64,000 bases of DNA from Clostridia bacterium (lineage in GTDB: Bacteria; Bacillota; Clostridia; Oscillospirales; CAG-272): NCBI GenBank assembly GCA_017517745.1, contig JAFWYJ010000040.1:18453-82452 (forward strand), written 5' to 3'. Of the stretch, positions 7,752 through 17,141 are shown one piece after another; within the stretch, counting starts at the first letter, position 1, and each line of letters starts with the position of its first letter. Below the pieces are notes generated by a model. It saw only the letters and a list, made by a program, of their open reading frames with translations, was not told the origin of the DNA and searched no databases. A program made the position numbers and the translations under genes.

Positions 7752-8966
7752 ATGGGATTCTTATTTGGAAACGGCGGCATTTTTGCCGCGTCCCCCGGCA
7801 GGGGTAACGTTGTGAGCCTCGACACGAGCCTCGGAAACACCATTCTCGTGGGCAATTCGCCCAGGGGCATTGAATCCGTGATGCGAAATTATCTCATCGA
7901 CGCGCTCAATAAGGGCAATGCGGTGGTGATTTTGCGCAACGGAGAGAACGGTTTTTCGGCATATCCGAGCGTGGTGAATATGCGCGGCAGAATCTATGAC
8001 GTTGACGTCGCAGAGGATCTTGGAGCGGAGCAGATCGATGGCTTTTCCGGTTATTCCGACCGTGAGCAGGACATGGCCATGCTGCAAACGATGGAGATGT
8101 ATAATCAGATCGATCCTGCAAAGAAGATGAAGTTCCAAAACTATATTTCCATTGTCCGCAGCCTGCTGGCCACGCGCAAAAAACGCTTGCGCCTGAACGA
8201 GCTGTATCAGTATAACGTTGATGAAGTGGAGATGCTCAATGCCTCCGCTCCCATCCCCGATGCGGAAAAGATGCGCAACGAGCGTTTCTTCAACAGTTTC
8301 CGCGCGGACATTTTTGAGTTTGAAACCTATTTTTATGAGTTTTCCAACAATGCCGTCGGACACATCCTCTCGGGCGCGAAATCGTTGGAGACGATCTTCG
8401 CGAGCAAGAACGTGATTGAAATCTCTTTTGATTTCAAGTCGCATGAAACCGACTCCAACGTCCTGCTTCACGCGCTGGTCAACGTGCTTGGAAAATTCAA
8501 CTGTGCGGCAGCCGGCAAAAGAGGCTTGACGGTGGCGGTCAACGAGATTCCCAACGAGAGCTTGGAGCAATCGGGACTGCAAAAGCTGATCAAAAATACG
8601 CCCAATTGCAACGTGATCTATTCGGTCGCGGACATTTCCAAACTGATCGAAAAGACCAACGATTGGATTGAGTACGCCGACAGCTATTTCTTCCTGAGAC
8701 AGACTTCGGACAAGAACAAGGAGTTCAGCTCAAGCTTCTTCGGTACATACGAAAAACAAAAGGTGAGCACCAATCAAAGCCGTTCCACTCCCTCCTTCTG
8801 GGATCGCCTGAACAATCGCGGCGCTGTGACCAGCACCAGCGGAACCACGGTGACCACCGAAAAAGAACGTGTTTATCAGCCCGACGATTTTGCGGTGATG
8901 CCCGAAAACGAAGCGATTTATTTCTTCAAAAAAACCAATTCGCATAGCCGCATCAGGCTGTTCTGA
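7752..8966 (+). CDS. Paralog-like partner of the upstream ATPase with degenerate Walker motifs (predicted catalytically inactive)
   Basis: It starts 2 nt after the upstream stop. The Walker-A position reads VGNSPRGIES (no Lys-Ser/Thr) and the Walker-B position reads LTVAVNEIP (no Asp-Glu). The C-terminus ERVYQPDDFAVMPENEAIYFFKK resembles the T4CP C-terminal block. The paralogy call was made by eye. Confidence 0.55.
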   Translation: MGFLFGNGGIFAASPGRGNVVSLDTSLGNTILVGNSPRGIESVMRNYLIDALNKGNAVVILRNGENGFSAYPSVVNMRGRIYDVDVAEDLGAEQIDGFSGYSDREQDMAMLQTMEMYNQIDPAKKMKFQNYISIVRSLLATRKKRLRLNELYQYNVDEVEMLNASAPIPDAEKMRNERFFNSFRADIFEFETYFYEFSNNAVGHILSGAKSLETIFASKNVIEISFDFKSHETDSNVLLHALVNVLGKFNCAAAGKRGLTVAVNEIPNESLEQSGLQKLIKNTPNCNVIYSVADISKLIEKTNDWIEYADSYFFLRQTSDKNKEFSSSFFGTYEKQKVSTNQSRSTPSFWDRLNNRGAVTSTSGTTVTTEKERVYQPDDFAVMPENEAIYFFKKTNSHSRIRLF

Positions 8967-8980
8967 AAGGGAGGGTTCTC

Positions 8981-9688
8981 ATGAGCAGAAACGATCAGGA
9001 CAAAACCAAGGAATACAGAGACGGCGAGGCGATCGAAAAACGCTTCAACCGTTGCAAAGATCATCCGAACGAAAGATATGCCGCGATGGAGGACTACCGT
9101 GATAATCTCCAAAAGCAAAAAGACGCTCTTGCGGACATGAAGGACAAAAACAGTCCCGAATATCAGCAGCGGAAGGGAGAGATTGCGGAGCAGGAAAGCA
9201 AGTACAAGGAAATGTGGAACGAGGCTCAGAAATCCTACGGCGAGAATCGGCAGCAGGAAAAAGTGAACCAAGTCGATCGCTTGAGAGCCGAAAACCGTGA
9301 GCTTTCTTCGAAGATGGAAAAGGCGGCGGAAAAAGGAAACAAGAGTCAATATGATTCGCTGCGCCAAAAGTACGAGACCAACCTCAAGGCACAAGAGGGC
9401 GTTTGCAGAGATCTGCGAGAAGATCGTGTCGAACATCGTGACACCACGTCGCAGCAAAGATCGGCAATGGTGGATAGTGATCGCCATATGGCGGAAAAAG
9501 TGAGAAGAGACTCCAAGGACAAGAATGACAAATACAAAAATCAAGCACAAGCGAGTCAAAAAGAAGCAATGAAGAAGCAGGACGATAAGGCGCTCGATGA
9601 GAAACGAATGACCTACGGCATTTCGGAGGAGGAAATCAACGCCGAGCGCCGAACGAGAGAGCATGAGCGCAACGAGCATTGCAGATAA
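8981..9688 (+). CDS. Hyper-charged (K/E/D/R/Q/N-rich) 235-aa protein, paralog 1
   Basis: A strong RBS (GGGAGGG) precedes it. It aligns end to end with the next ORF through shared blocks: DKNSPEY, KYETN-KAQEG, YG-SEEEINAER. There are almost no hydrophobic stretches. Confidence 0.7.
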   Translation: MSRNDQDKTKEYRDGEAIEKRFNRCKDHPNERYAAMEDYRDNLQKQKDALADMKDKNSPEYQQRKGEIAEQESKYKEMWNEAQKSYGENRQQEKVNQVDRLRAENRELSSKMEKAAEKGNKSQYDSLRQKYETNLKAQEGVCRDLREDRVEHRDTTSQQRSAMVDSDRHMAEKVRRDSKDKNDKYKNQAQASQKEAMKKQDDKALDEKRMTYGISEEEINAERRTREHERNEHCR

Positions 9689-9745
9689 GCCCGCTATCTT
9701 GAAAATTTCGCATCCCTCATCAGATTCTTCCAAGGAGGATGGCAA

Positions 9746-10456
9746 ATGAAAAGCAAAGACAAAAACGACATTATCAGCAAGCGGTTTGATGCCTATGCAA
9801 AAAGTGGCGATCACACCGAGATGTATGCCGCAAAGGCGGAGTATGACGAGAATCTGCGCGATCAAAAGAATGAGCTGGAGGATATGAGGGACAAGAACAG
9901 CCCCGAATATCGGCAGAAGAAAGAAGAGATCGAAAAGCAGGAAGAACGCTCCAAGGAAATGAGCCGTGAAATCGATAAACAATACAAAAAGGAGCACGGC
10001 TACAACGATCAAAACGCCAAGAAGGAGGATCTCGAAAAACTCAAACGCGAAAATCAAGGCATTTCGCGTGAGATGCACCGCGCGGTGGAGAAGGGCGACA
10101 CCAAGAAATTTGACGCGCTTTCTCAAAAATATGAGACCAACATCAAGGCGCAGGAGGGGATCAGCAAAGAGCTGAAGACCAACGGCATCGACCATGAGGA
10201 TACCAGCTACCGCCAAAGAGTTGATTTGAAAAATCAAAACAACGATATGAGCGATAAACTCAGAGCATCTTCCAAACCCAAGGATCGGGAAAATGCACAG
10301 AAATACATGAATCGGACGCGCGAGTGCGAGCAGAAGGAGCTCAAGAAGAAGGACAACGCCGAGCTTGACCGCATGAAAAACAACTACGGTCTCTCGGAAG
10401 AGGAAATCAACGCCGAGCGCAAAAAAATGGAACACGAGCGCGAAAAGTACAGATAA
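9746..10456 (+). CDS. Hyper-charged 236-aa protein, paralog 2 (tandem duplicate)
   Basis: RBS AAGGAGGA precedes it. Length, composition and conserved blocks match those of 8981-9688. Confidence 0.7.
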   Translation: MKSKDKNDIISKRFDAYAKSGDHTEMYAAKAEYDENLRDQKNELEDMRDKNSPEYRQKKEEIEKQEERSKEMSREIDKQYKKEHGYNDQNAKKEDLEKLKRENQGISREMHRAVEKGDTKKFDALSQKYETNIKAQEGISKELKTNGIDHEDTSYRQRVDLKNQNNDMSDKLRASSKPKDRENAQKYMNRTRECEQKELKKKDNAELDRMKNNYGLSEEEINAERKKMEHEREKYR

Positions 10457-10516
10457 GCCCCCCTGAGTCAATCGAAAATCCAAATCAAGCAAATCATATA
10501 GAAAGAGGAAAAAACC

Positions 10517-11623
10517 ATGGCAAAATTCACATGCCCGTACTGTTATGCCACTCATACGCTGGATACCTGCGGAATGAAGTGCTCCTATAACATCACGGGT
10601 ACCGACGTCACCTGCAAGAAAAACCTTCCAAAGGATGCTGAAGGTTGGATCCCTCAGCTCTACAAAAAGCAGTGCCTCGCGTGCAAGGATGCGAGAAAGC
10701 GCATCTATTGTCCCACCGTGGAAAAGGAAATTCCCACCGAGTTCCTCTCGGGCGAGAGTCTTCCCATCGCACTCGTGGGCGCAAAGGCATCGGGCAAATC
10801 CAACTACATCGGCGTGCTGATCGATGAGGTCAAAAGAAAGATGGCACGGAGCTTTAACACCACGCTCAGCGTGAGCTGTGACGAGACCTCCCGTCGATTC
10901 TACGATCAGTTCTACAAGATCCCGCTCTACACACACGGAGAGGTGGTCGCCGCCACCGACGCTGGAGAAATGCCTCCCATGATCTTCCCGTTGCGCTTTA
11001 TGGATCGCAAGGATCGCATCATCAACAGCGCGACGCTGACCTTCTATGACACCGCAGGAGAGAATCTTGACTCGGATGAGGAAATGCTGATCTACAATCG
11101 CTACATCCCCAATGCAAAGGGAATCATCCTGCTTCTTGACCCGCTGCAGGTACCCGGTATTCGTCAGCAACTCGAGGGAAAAATGCAGCTTCCTGCCATG
11201 AACACCGACGTGACCGAGGTTCTCAGCCGCGTGGTCGAGAATATCCGAAGCGTCAAGAACATCAAGGGAACCATCAACATCCCGCTGGCTCTGGCATTCA
11301 CCAAGCTCGACGTGCTGGAAAAGTTTGACATCATTTCTGAGGACAGCCTCTTGCGAGAGGAATCTCGCCATCTTGAGCTGGGCGCGTTCTCCATGTCGGA
11401 TTTCGACAGCTGTACCATTCAGATGAGAGACATTCTGGAAAACTGGCTGGATGCCGAGTTCACCCAGTTGGTCAAAAACTTCTCCAAGTACGCTTTCTTC
11501 GGCGTGTCGGCATTGGGAGAAGTGCCTGAGAATAACACTGTTTCTTCCATCAAGCCCAAGCGTGTGCTTGACCCGCTGCTTTGGCTGTTGGCGGAAAACA
11601 AATACATCAAGAAAGTGAAGTGA
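10517..11623 (+). CDS. Zinc-ribbon-fused TRAFAC-class GTPase (soluble)
   Basis: N-terminal Cys clusters are CPYC...C..C and CLAC...C. The G1 motif is GAKASGKS, G3 is FYDTAGE (DxxG), and G4 is FTKLD (an NKxD variant). RBS is AGAGGAAAAAACC-ATG. Confidence 0.8.
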   Translation: MAKFTCPYCYATHTLDTCGMKCSYNITGTDVTCKKNLPKDAEGWIPQLYKKQCLACKDARKRIYCPTVEKEIPTEFLSGESLPIALVGAKASGKSNYIGVLIDEVKRKMARSFNTTLSVSCDETSRRFYDQFYKIPLYTHGEVVAATDAGEMPPMIFPLRFMDRKDRIINSATLTFYDTAGENLDSDEEMLIYNRYIPNAKGIILLLDPLQVPGIRQQLEGKMQLPAMNTDVTEVLSRVVENIRSVKNIKGTINIPLALAFTKLDVLEKFDIISEDSLLREESRHLELGAFSMSDFDSCTIQMRDILENWLDAEFTQLVKNFSKYAFFGVSALGEVPENNTVSSIKPKRVLDPLLWLLAENKYIKKVK

Positions 11624-11630
11624 TTCATTG

Positions 11631-14318
11631 ATGAAAGCGGCTCAGTATATGTACACGTCTTGGAAAAATGCCCCCAATCACGGATTCAGTCTCTATTCGA
11701 TGACGCCGGGACTCTCCGCGACCGACAGCGAGGACATTTCCAAAATGATGAAGTACGTTTTGCAGCCCGGAATGCCGCGTGATCCTTCCGATGAGGAAAT
11801 CGCGTCTGTTCTGCCGCGAAACGTCGCGTTCTTCCCACTTTCCTCGGGTAGGTACTGCCTCGCACAGGCGGGCTACGTGGGACGTGAATACCGAGGCTTT
11901 GAGGACGGCGGCCGTCTTGGAAACTATCTTTTACACGCCTATATTTTGGACGATGTGAAGGACGTTCTTCCCATGTCTTTCGTGGGAGACGACATTTTCC
12001 GCTACGACCTGACGAAGGAGGAGTGGCAGGCAACCAATCCCGCGCCGCTTCCCATTGTGGAGCTTGCTCCCGTCGGAAAGATGCTGACCCAAAGCGAGAT
12101 CGCGTCGTTCTTCGATGCAACTCGCATCGAAACGCTGGAAAAGCTGGTTCAGGCGATCATCACTGCATCGGCAAACGGAAAAACCGTCTTTTTCAATGAC
12201 GAGAATGCAAACATGCGCTTTTGGTACAAGGCTTTGGCGGTCTGTCTGCCGGTCAGCCTTTCGAAAACGGCGTTCAACACGTACTCGCTTTCGATGAGCC
12301 TGCCTGTCGGTGTTTCTCCTTGCTGCAAGCTCAGCCTCATGAACGTTTCGGTCAGCAAGGATCCCGCCATTCCGATCACCGCGCCCAACCTCGCGGACGA
12401 GACGCGAAAGGGCAACTTTGTCATCGACTTGGTGCGTGGAGCTTATAGCCCCGTTACGGTCGGTTCTTATGCCAAGGCTGTTTGCGCGAAATTCAAGGCG
12501 AATCTCTTTGACGCGGTCAATTTCGCGAAGAAGATCGACGTTACGGCGGCAAGATATTCCTGCACCGTCGATCAGGCGATGGATATCCTCTGCTTCTCCG
12601 AGGGCAAGCTGGATCAGTTCCCGAGCATTGGTGACGTGCTGAGGGTGATCCGTCTGCTTGGCGACGGCACGCCGGATGCACAGATGCAGAACAGCATCAC
12701 CCGATTTGCCGAGCGCATTCTGACGGGCGCATATCCTTACGGAAATGAGCTTTGCGAGGCAATCAAAAACGTGGTTTATCCCAACGTTGCCGATGATTGG
12801 AAGCAGAAGTTGCTCGCTTACGTGATGCAGACCGCACTCTCCATGAATGCACCGAGCAAGGCAGCGTTCGCAAAGGCGGTCGATTCCGCGATCCCGTGCG
12901 ATAAATTGACGGCGGCACGTTATATTTACGATAACAAGATCTATGACCGCTTGTTGGGCGGAGATCTTTATCAGATTCACTATCTGGCAACCATGACTGT
13001 CGAGAATTATACCGCGCTGCAGACGGTATATGGCAAGCTTCCCACCATGATGCTGAATACGGTGGTGTCCAAGTACATCGGACAGAACGATTTCGCTTCG
13101 TTGGATGAGCTGGTAGCGCTCGCTCCCGGACTCACGGGCAGTGCGATCGCAGTGGTGATCTGTCACTATGCAGAGAAGAAGACGCTCGGTCAGATCTCGG
13201 TGGATGCCTTCTTCCGTGTCCTTCCCAAGGCAACGCTTTCGAGCGATGCTCTGGTCACTCTCATGACCGAGGCAATCGCGCTGTGGGGAAGGGATGCCGA
13301 TTTCTGCCGAAAGTACGAGGCGTTTGCTGCGACGAATGCGCAGGCGGATGCCGCACTCCGCGCAATTCCCGCGTGTGTGCCGTTCTTTGACGAGATGGAG
13401 GTGCATCGCTTCCGCTCGAGCCGCCCGACGATGGACGGACTTTGCAATTACTTCATGCGGATCTATGCCAAGAATCCCGATGACACGGCGTTCGAAGCAA
13501 AGCTGACCGAATATTTGAAGCCTTTGGATTGGAAGACTTGTCTGCGTGAATCGATCACGGTTTACTCCAGATGCTTCAAGCCGAAAAAAGGCTGGACTCC
13601 GAACGATTTGCGCATCGTGCAAGTCTTGCGCTGGAATGTGTTGGAAAAACCGGAGCGCCGTGAGTTTTCCAAGGCGCTTCTGTCGGAAGTAAATCTCCGC
13701 ACGATGGTGGACGGATTCGTGAAGGATACCGAGATGAGAGGTTGCGGCAAAGATGCCTTCTATGCGATGATCTCCGCCTTTGCCGAGATCATTGCCAAGC
13801 CTGCACTCCAGGCAGTGAAGGCCATCGAGACACAAACGCTTCTCGCGGGACTTCTGGTCTCCAAGGAAACGGCGGCAATCTTCAATCAAAACCTTGCCGA
13901 GGAGTATCTCATCTACGTCACAGAGGCAATCAAGGCGTCCCGAAAAGAGGATCATCCCTTGTTGACAACGGCACTCCTTCCTCTGACAGCCGATGAGCCT
14001 TCCTTCAAAAAGGCGATCGCCGCGATTCTTTCTTCCAACGAAAAGGATGCGCAGAAGCGCAGTTTGCGACTGCGGGCAGTATTGCTTCTGCACGTTTCCA
14101 CCGATGCCAAGCCGCACAAGGCGCTCAAGGCAGTATTTGAGGATGACTTCCTCAATTGCTCCAAGAAGGAACGCTTGAACGTGCACAAGGCGACGGCAAA
14201 GGCGACACAAGACAAAGATCTGTTTGCAAAGAGTCTGGAATATGTGACAGACTTCAATGCAAAGCACAAAACCGGTTTCTTTGACAAGCTGAAGGGCTTG
14301 TTTGGAAATAAAAAATAA
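11631..14318 (+). CDS. 895-aa mostly helical protein of unknown function; candidate GTPase-associated (GAP1-like) scaffold
   Basis: The ATG at 11631 follows the GTPase stop by 7 nt. The N-terminal pattern QYMYTSW...HGFSLYSMTPGLS and GRLGNYLLHAYIL recalls, from memory, the N-terminal module of GTPase-associated protein 1 families. This functional label is tentative and was not verified by any search. Confidence 0.6.
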   Translation: MKAAQYMYTSWKNAPNHGFSLYSMTPGLSATDSEDISKMMKYVLQPGMPRDPSDEEIASVLPRNVAFFPLSSGRYCLAQAGYVGREYRGFEDGGRLGNYLLHAYILDDVKDVLPMSFVGDDIFRYDLTKEEWQATNPAPLPIVELAPVGKMLTQSEIASFFDATRIETLEKLVQAIITASANGKTVFFNDENANMRFWYKALAVCLPVSLSKTAFNTYSLSMSLPVGVSPCCKLSLMNVSVSKDPAIPITAPNLADETRKGNFVIDLVRGAYSPVTVGSYAKAVCAKFKANLFDAVNFAKKIDVTAARYSCTVDQAMDILCFSEGKLDQFPSIGDVLRVIRLLGDGTPDAQMQNSITRFAERILTGAYPYGNELCEAIKNVVYPNVADDWKQKLLAYVMQTALSMNAPSKAAFAKAVDSAIPCDKLTAARYIYDNKIYDRLLGGDLYQIHYLATMTVENYTALQTVYGKLPTMMLNTVVSKYIGQNDFASLDELVALAPGLTGSAIAVVICHYAEKKTLGQISVDAFFRVLPKATLSSDALVTLMTEAIALWGRDADFCRKYEAFAATNAQADAALRAIPACVPFFDEMEVHRFRSSRPTMDGLCNYFMRIYAKNPDDTAFEAKLTEYLKPLDWKTCLRESITVYSRCFKPKKGWTPNDLRIVQVLRWNVLEKPERREFSKALLSEVNLRTMVDGFVKDTEMRGCGKDAFYAMISAFAEIIAKPALQAVKAIETQTLLAGLLVSKETAAIFNQNLAEEYLIYVTEAIKASRKEDHPLLTTALLPLTADEPSFKKAIAAILSSNEKDAQKRSLRLRAVLLLHVSTDAKPHKALKAVFEDDFLNCSKKERLNVHKATAKATQDKDLFAKSLEYVTDFNAKHKTGFFDKLKGLFGNKK

Positions 14319-14339
14319 AATAAAGAAAGAGGTAGTATC

Positions 14340-14528
14340 ATGGAAATCATTGGACACATTTTAATGATTATTCTTTACATTTGTTACCTACTGTTCATGA
14401 CCTTGTTGCTCATCGCGATCGCAGCGATCACAACGGCAGTCGGTGTGGGTATGGGACTTGTAAAGGGAATCAACCACGCGCTCGAAATTTATTTCGGAAC
14501 ATTAATTGAAGAGATTGGAGATAGATGA
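14340..14528 (+). CDS. 62-aa small membrane protein
   Basis: RBS is AGAAAGAGG. One or two hydrophobic helices are present (ILMIILYICYLLFMTLLLIAIAAITTAVGVGMGL). It lies in operon context. Confidence 0.55.
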   Translation: MEIIGHILMIILYICYLLFMTLLLIAIAAITTAVGVGMGLVKGINHALEIYFGTLIEEIGDR

Positions 14529-14532
14529 CGCT

Positions 14533-16023
14533 ATGAGAAAACAACCGGCAAAAGTAAATTATTTCTTCGGCGGTGCGTATCGCACTCTGATCAAAACCAT
14601 TTTGGGGTCTTTTGCGAAGACCTTCGGACTTATCACCGTTCTTGCACCTTTACCCTTCAAAGCATTTTTCCTGTTTATCAAAGCATTCGTAGCACTTGTC
14701 GTTTCGATTTTCAGTCTGGATTTCCGCGACATTTGGGACAATACCAAGGATACCGTGTTTGCTCTCTGGAGCTTTACTTACACGCTCCCCACGTTCCTCA
14801 GCGTTTTGATCCTCACCCCCACCATGTGCTTGATCCTCAGCGCAATTCAGCTGGTGATCTTCCTTGGTTTGATGTTCACCATCTACGTGGTCTACACCAT
14901 CACCTATCTGCTCGACCTGCTCTTCCGTAAGATCAAGCAGATCTCCAACACCTGCCGCTACTGCCAGCGCAAGATCAAGAATCCCATTTATTTCTGCCCG
15001 AACTGCGGAGTTGAGCACGATATGCTCATTCCTTCCAAGTACGGTGTGTTCAAGCGCAGATGTGAGTGCGGTGCAAAGCTTGGCACCACCTTCCTGAGCG
15101 GACGTGAGAAGCTTGAAAGTAAGTGTCCTTACTGTGAGAGCGGTATCGCGGATACGTCGCACGTGGATATCACCGTTCCCGTTGTGGGCGGTCCCAGCGC
15201 AGGTAAGACCTGCTTCATTCATATGGCAATTTCTGATATTGAGCAGAATTCCATGACCGATCACAAGCTGGAATATGAATATGATCCCGGCATTGATGAT
15301 GAGTTCGCAATGAACATGAGCAACCTCAAGCAGGGCTTGGCACCGAATAAGACCAGTGACATGCGTCTGCGTTTCTACAGCTTCTATCTCAAGCCCAAGA
15401 AGGGAATCAAGCATCTGATTTCGCTTTGTGACGTCGGAGGAGAGATCTACGACGACAGTGAATCTCTCGGTACGCAGGCTGCTCTGACACACTCCAATGC
15501 ATTCCTTATGGTCATCGACCCGCTGTCCATGATGGATTACCGCAAGGAGCTGGAGCAAAACGGTGTCGACATTTCCAAGTTCGGACCCAGCTCCAAGCCG
15601 ATTGACGAGGTGCTCAGCTTGCTGATTACCACGCTCGAGAATATGTGTAACATCTCCGCAAAGGATATGCTCAACCGTGATTTGGCGGTTGTATTCTCCA
15701 AGGGAGACCTTCCCGGTCTGGAGGAAAAGATCGGCAAGACTGCAGTAGAGGAGTACATGACCTCTCATGCAGGCACCACCCGTCTGCAGGCGCAGAATGC
15801 GGTTTGCGAACAGTTCCTCAAGGAATATGATGAATTCGGCTTCCTCAATGCCGTGAAGTCCAAGTTCAAGGTGGTGCAGTTCTTTGCAAGCAGCGCACTT
15901 GGACACGCCGCTGACGGAAGTGCCTTTGAATCCAATGGCGTATCCGAGCCCGTCTACTGGATCGTCGATAAGATCAGCGCAAGCATCGATCTGACCGAGG
16001 TTTGGGACGAAAAGCGCGGATAA
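14533..16023 (+). CDS. Membrane-anchored zinc-ribbon TRAFAC GTPase, paralogous in architecture to 10517-11623
   Basis: The ATG at 14533 is 4 nt after the upstream stop; the track start at 14506 is a TTG. The N-terminus has ~4 TM helices. Zinc ribbons are CRYC..CPNC and CECG..CPYC. G1 is GGPSAGKT, G3 is LCDVGGE, and G4 is FSKGD. Confidence 0.8.
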   Translation: MRKQPAKVNYFFGGAYRTLIKTILGSFAKTFGLITVLAPLPFKAFFLFIKAFVALVVSIFSLDFRDIWDNTKDTVFALWSFTYTLPTFLSVLILTPTMCLILSAIQLVIFLGLMFTIYVVYTITYLLDLLFRKIKQISNTCRYCQRKIKNPIYFCPNCGVEHDMLIPSKYGVFKRRCECGAKLGTTFLSGREKLESKCPYCESGIADTSHVDITVPVVGGPSAGKTCFIHMAISDIEQNSMTDHKLEYEYDPGIDDEFAMNMSNLKQGLAPNKTSDMRLRFYSFYLKPKKGIKHLISLCDVGGEIYDDSESLGTQAALTHSNAFLMVIDPLSMMDYRKELEQNGVDISKFGPSSKPIDEVLSLLITTLENMCNISAKDMLNRDLAVVFSKGDLPGLEEKIGKTAVEEYMTSHAGTTRLQAQNAVCEQFLKEYDEFGFLNAVKSKFKVVQFFASSALGHAADGSAFESNGVSEPVYWIVDKISASIDLTEVWDEKRG

Positions 16024-16032
16024 ATTCAAACG

Positions 16033-17109
16033 ATGCTACAAAAGGAATATTGGCGCACAAAGCTTTCCCCGGCGGATCAGAAGACCTATGATCTGATTCG
16101 CGCGGGGCTGGCATCCCAGCGGGAGCGAACCGCCATTCCGACCTTTTCGGGAGATCCGAACGGCATTTTGCCGATCTATCAGGCGATCTGGAACGATCAC
16201 CCCGAACTCTATTGGCAGACCTATGCACCGGGCGTTGCGCAAGCGGCATCTTCGTTTGGCGGATTGTTTGGCTCGGGGGGCGCACCTCGGTTTGAGGTCA
16301 TCCATCCGACGCTTTATCAACCCAAGGAAACGGCAAGCATCAACGCGTCCATTCGGAACGTGCTTGCGAAGTTGGATGCGTTGAAGGCACAGCCAAAGAT
16401 CGATCAGATCATCGCCGCGATTCTGCATCTTGCAAAGCACGTAACCTACGAGATCAACAACGAAAAGAACCAGAATGCGGCGTCAGCCCTCTACTTCGGA
16501 CGTGCGCAATGCACGGGATATGCCAAGGCGTTCAAGCTGATGATGGATCATCTCGGCATCCCCTGCATATTGGTTTCGGGATCGGCAATGGCAAGAGAGG
16601 GGGATCCCTCCTCCATGGGACCGCATGCGTGGAATCTTGTTGAGCTGGACGGTGCTTGCTATCACCTGGACACCACCGCGGTGGCAGGAAACGTCGATGA
16701 CCGCGAGGATATTTTGGCAAGTCTGCTGTTTCTCGGAAAGGATGGGGATTTTGAGAAAAACCATGTGTGGGATCGCAAATCGATTCCCGCATGTCCCAAT
16801 CATTCTCCCTACCGTGCGACAAAGATCATTCCCTCACCGGGCGCAGGGATGCCCTCCAAGCCCGATGATGCAAGCGTTACGCAGATCTCCTCGCTTTACG
16901 AATTGCGGATGCTTTTGGCACGCGAGTTTGCAAGCGAGAAAACTTGCACGTTTGCTTTTCGCATGAACATGAGTCTGCCGACCGAAAAACTTCATCCTCA
17001 TGTGATGAGCAGCATTCAGGCAGCGCTCAATCAAGCAAAAAAATCATCGAGCGTAGAGACGACTTGTCAGGGAACGCTCTATCAGCTGACGAGAACCGTG
17101 AGCCCGTAA
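16033..17109 (+). CDS. Transglutaminase-like cysteine peptidase superfamily protein
   Basis: A Cys-His-Asp arrangement is present: RAQCTGYAKAFKLMMDHLGIP, then GPHAWNLVELDGACYHLDTT. This is typical of the transglutaminase core. Confidence 0.75.
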   Translation: MLQKEYWRTKLSPADQKTYDLIRAGLASQRERTAIPTFSGDPNGILPIYQAIWNDHPELYWQTYAPGVAQAASSFGGLFGSGGAPRFEVIHPTLYQPKETASINASIRNVLAKLDALKAQPKIDQIIAAILHLAKHVTYEINNEKNQNAASALYFGRAQCTGYAKAFKLMMDHLGIPCILVSGSAMAREGDPSSMGPHAWNLVELDGACYHLDTTAVAGNVDDREDILASLLFLGKDGDFEKNHVWDRKSIPACPNHSPYRATKIIPSPGAGMPSKPDDASVTQISSLYELRMLLAREFASEKTCTFAFRMNMSLPTEKLHPHVMSSIQAALNQAKKSSSVETTCQGTLYQLTRTVSP

Positions 17110-17141
17110 GACAAAAATAACGAAATTGGAGATATCATCCG

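Noticed and set aside
6403-8966. Reading the T4CP-like ATPase as evidence of an integrative conjugative element or T4SS
   Set aside because: The window has no relaxase, VirB4/VirB6-like genes, pilin, integrase, oriT-like repeats or att sites. The ATPase lacks the membrane anchor of true coupling proteins. The flanking G+C looks native.
8918-14357. Minus-strand ORFs of 817 aa (8918-11371) and 808 aa (11931-14357)
   Set aside because: They are the same codon-register antisense artefact; the sense genes at 8981, 9746 and 10517 share their phase. They have no RBS or motifs, while the sense strand encodes GTPase motifs and paralogous proteins.
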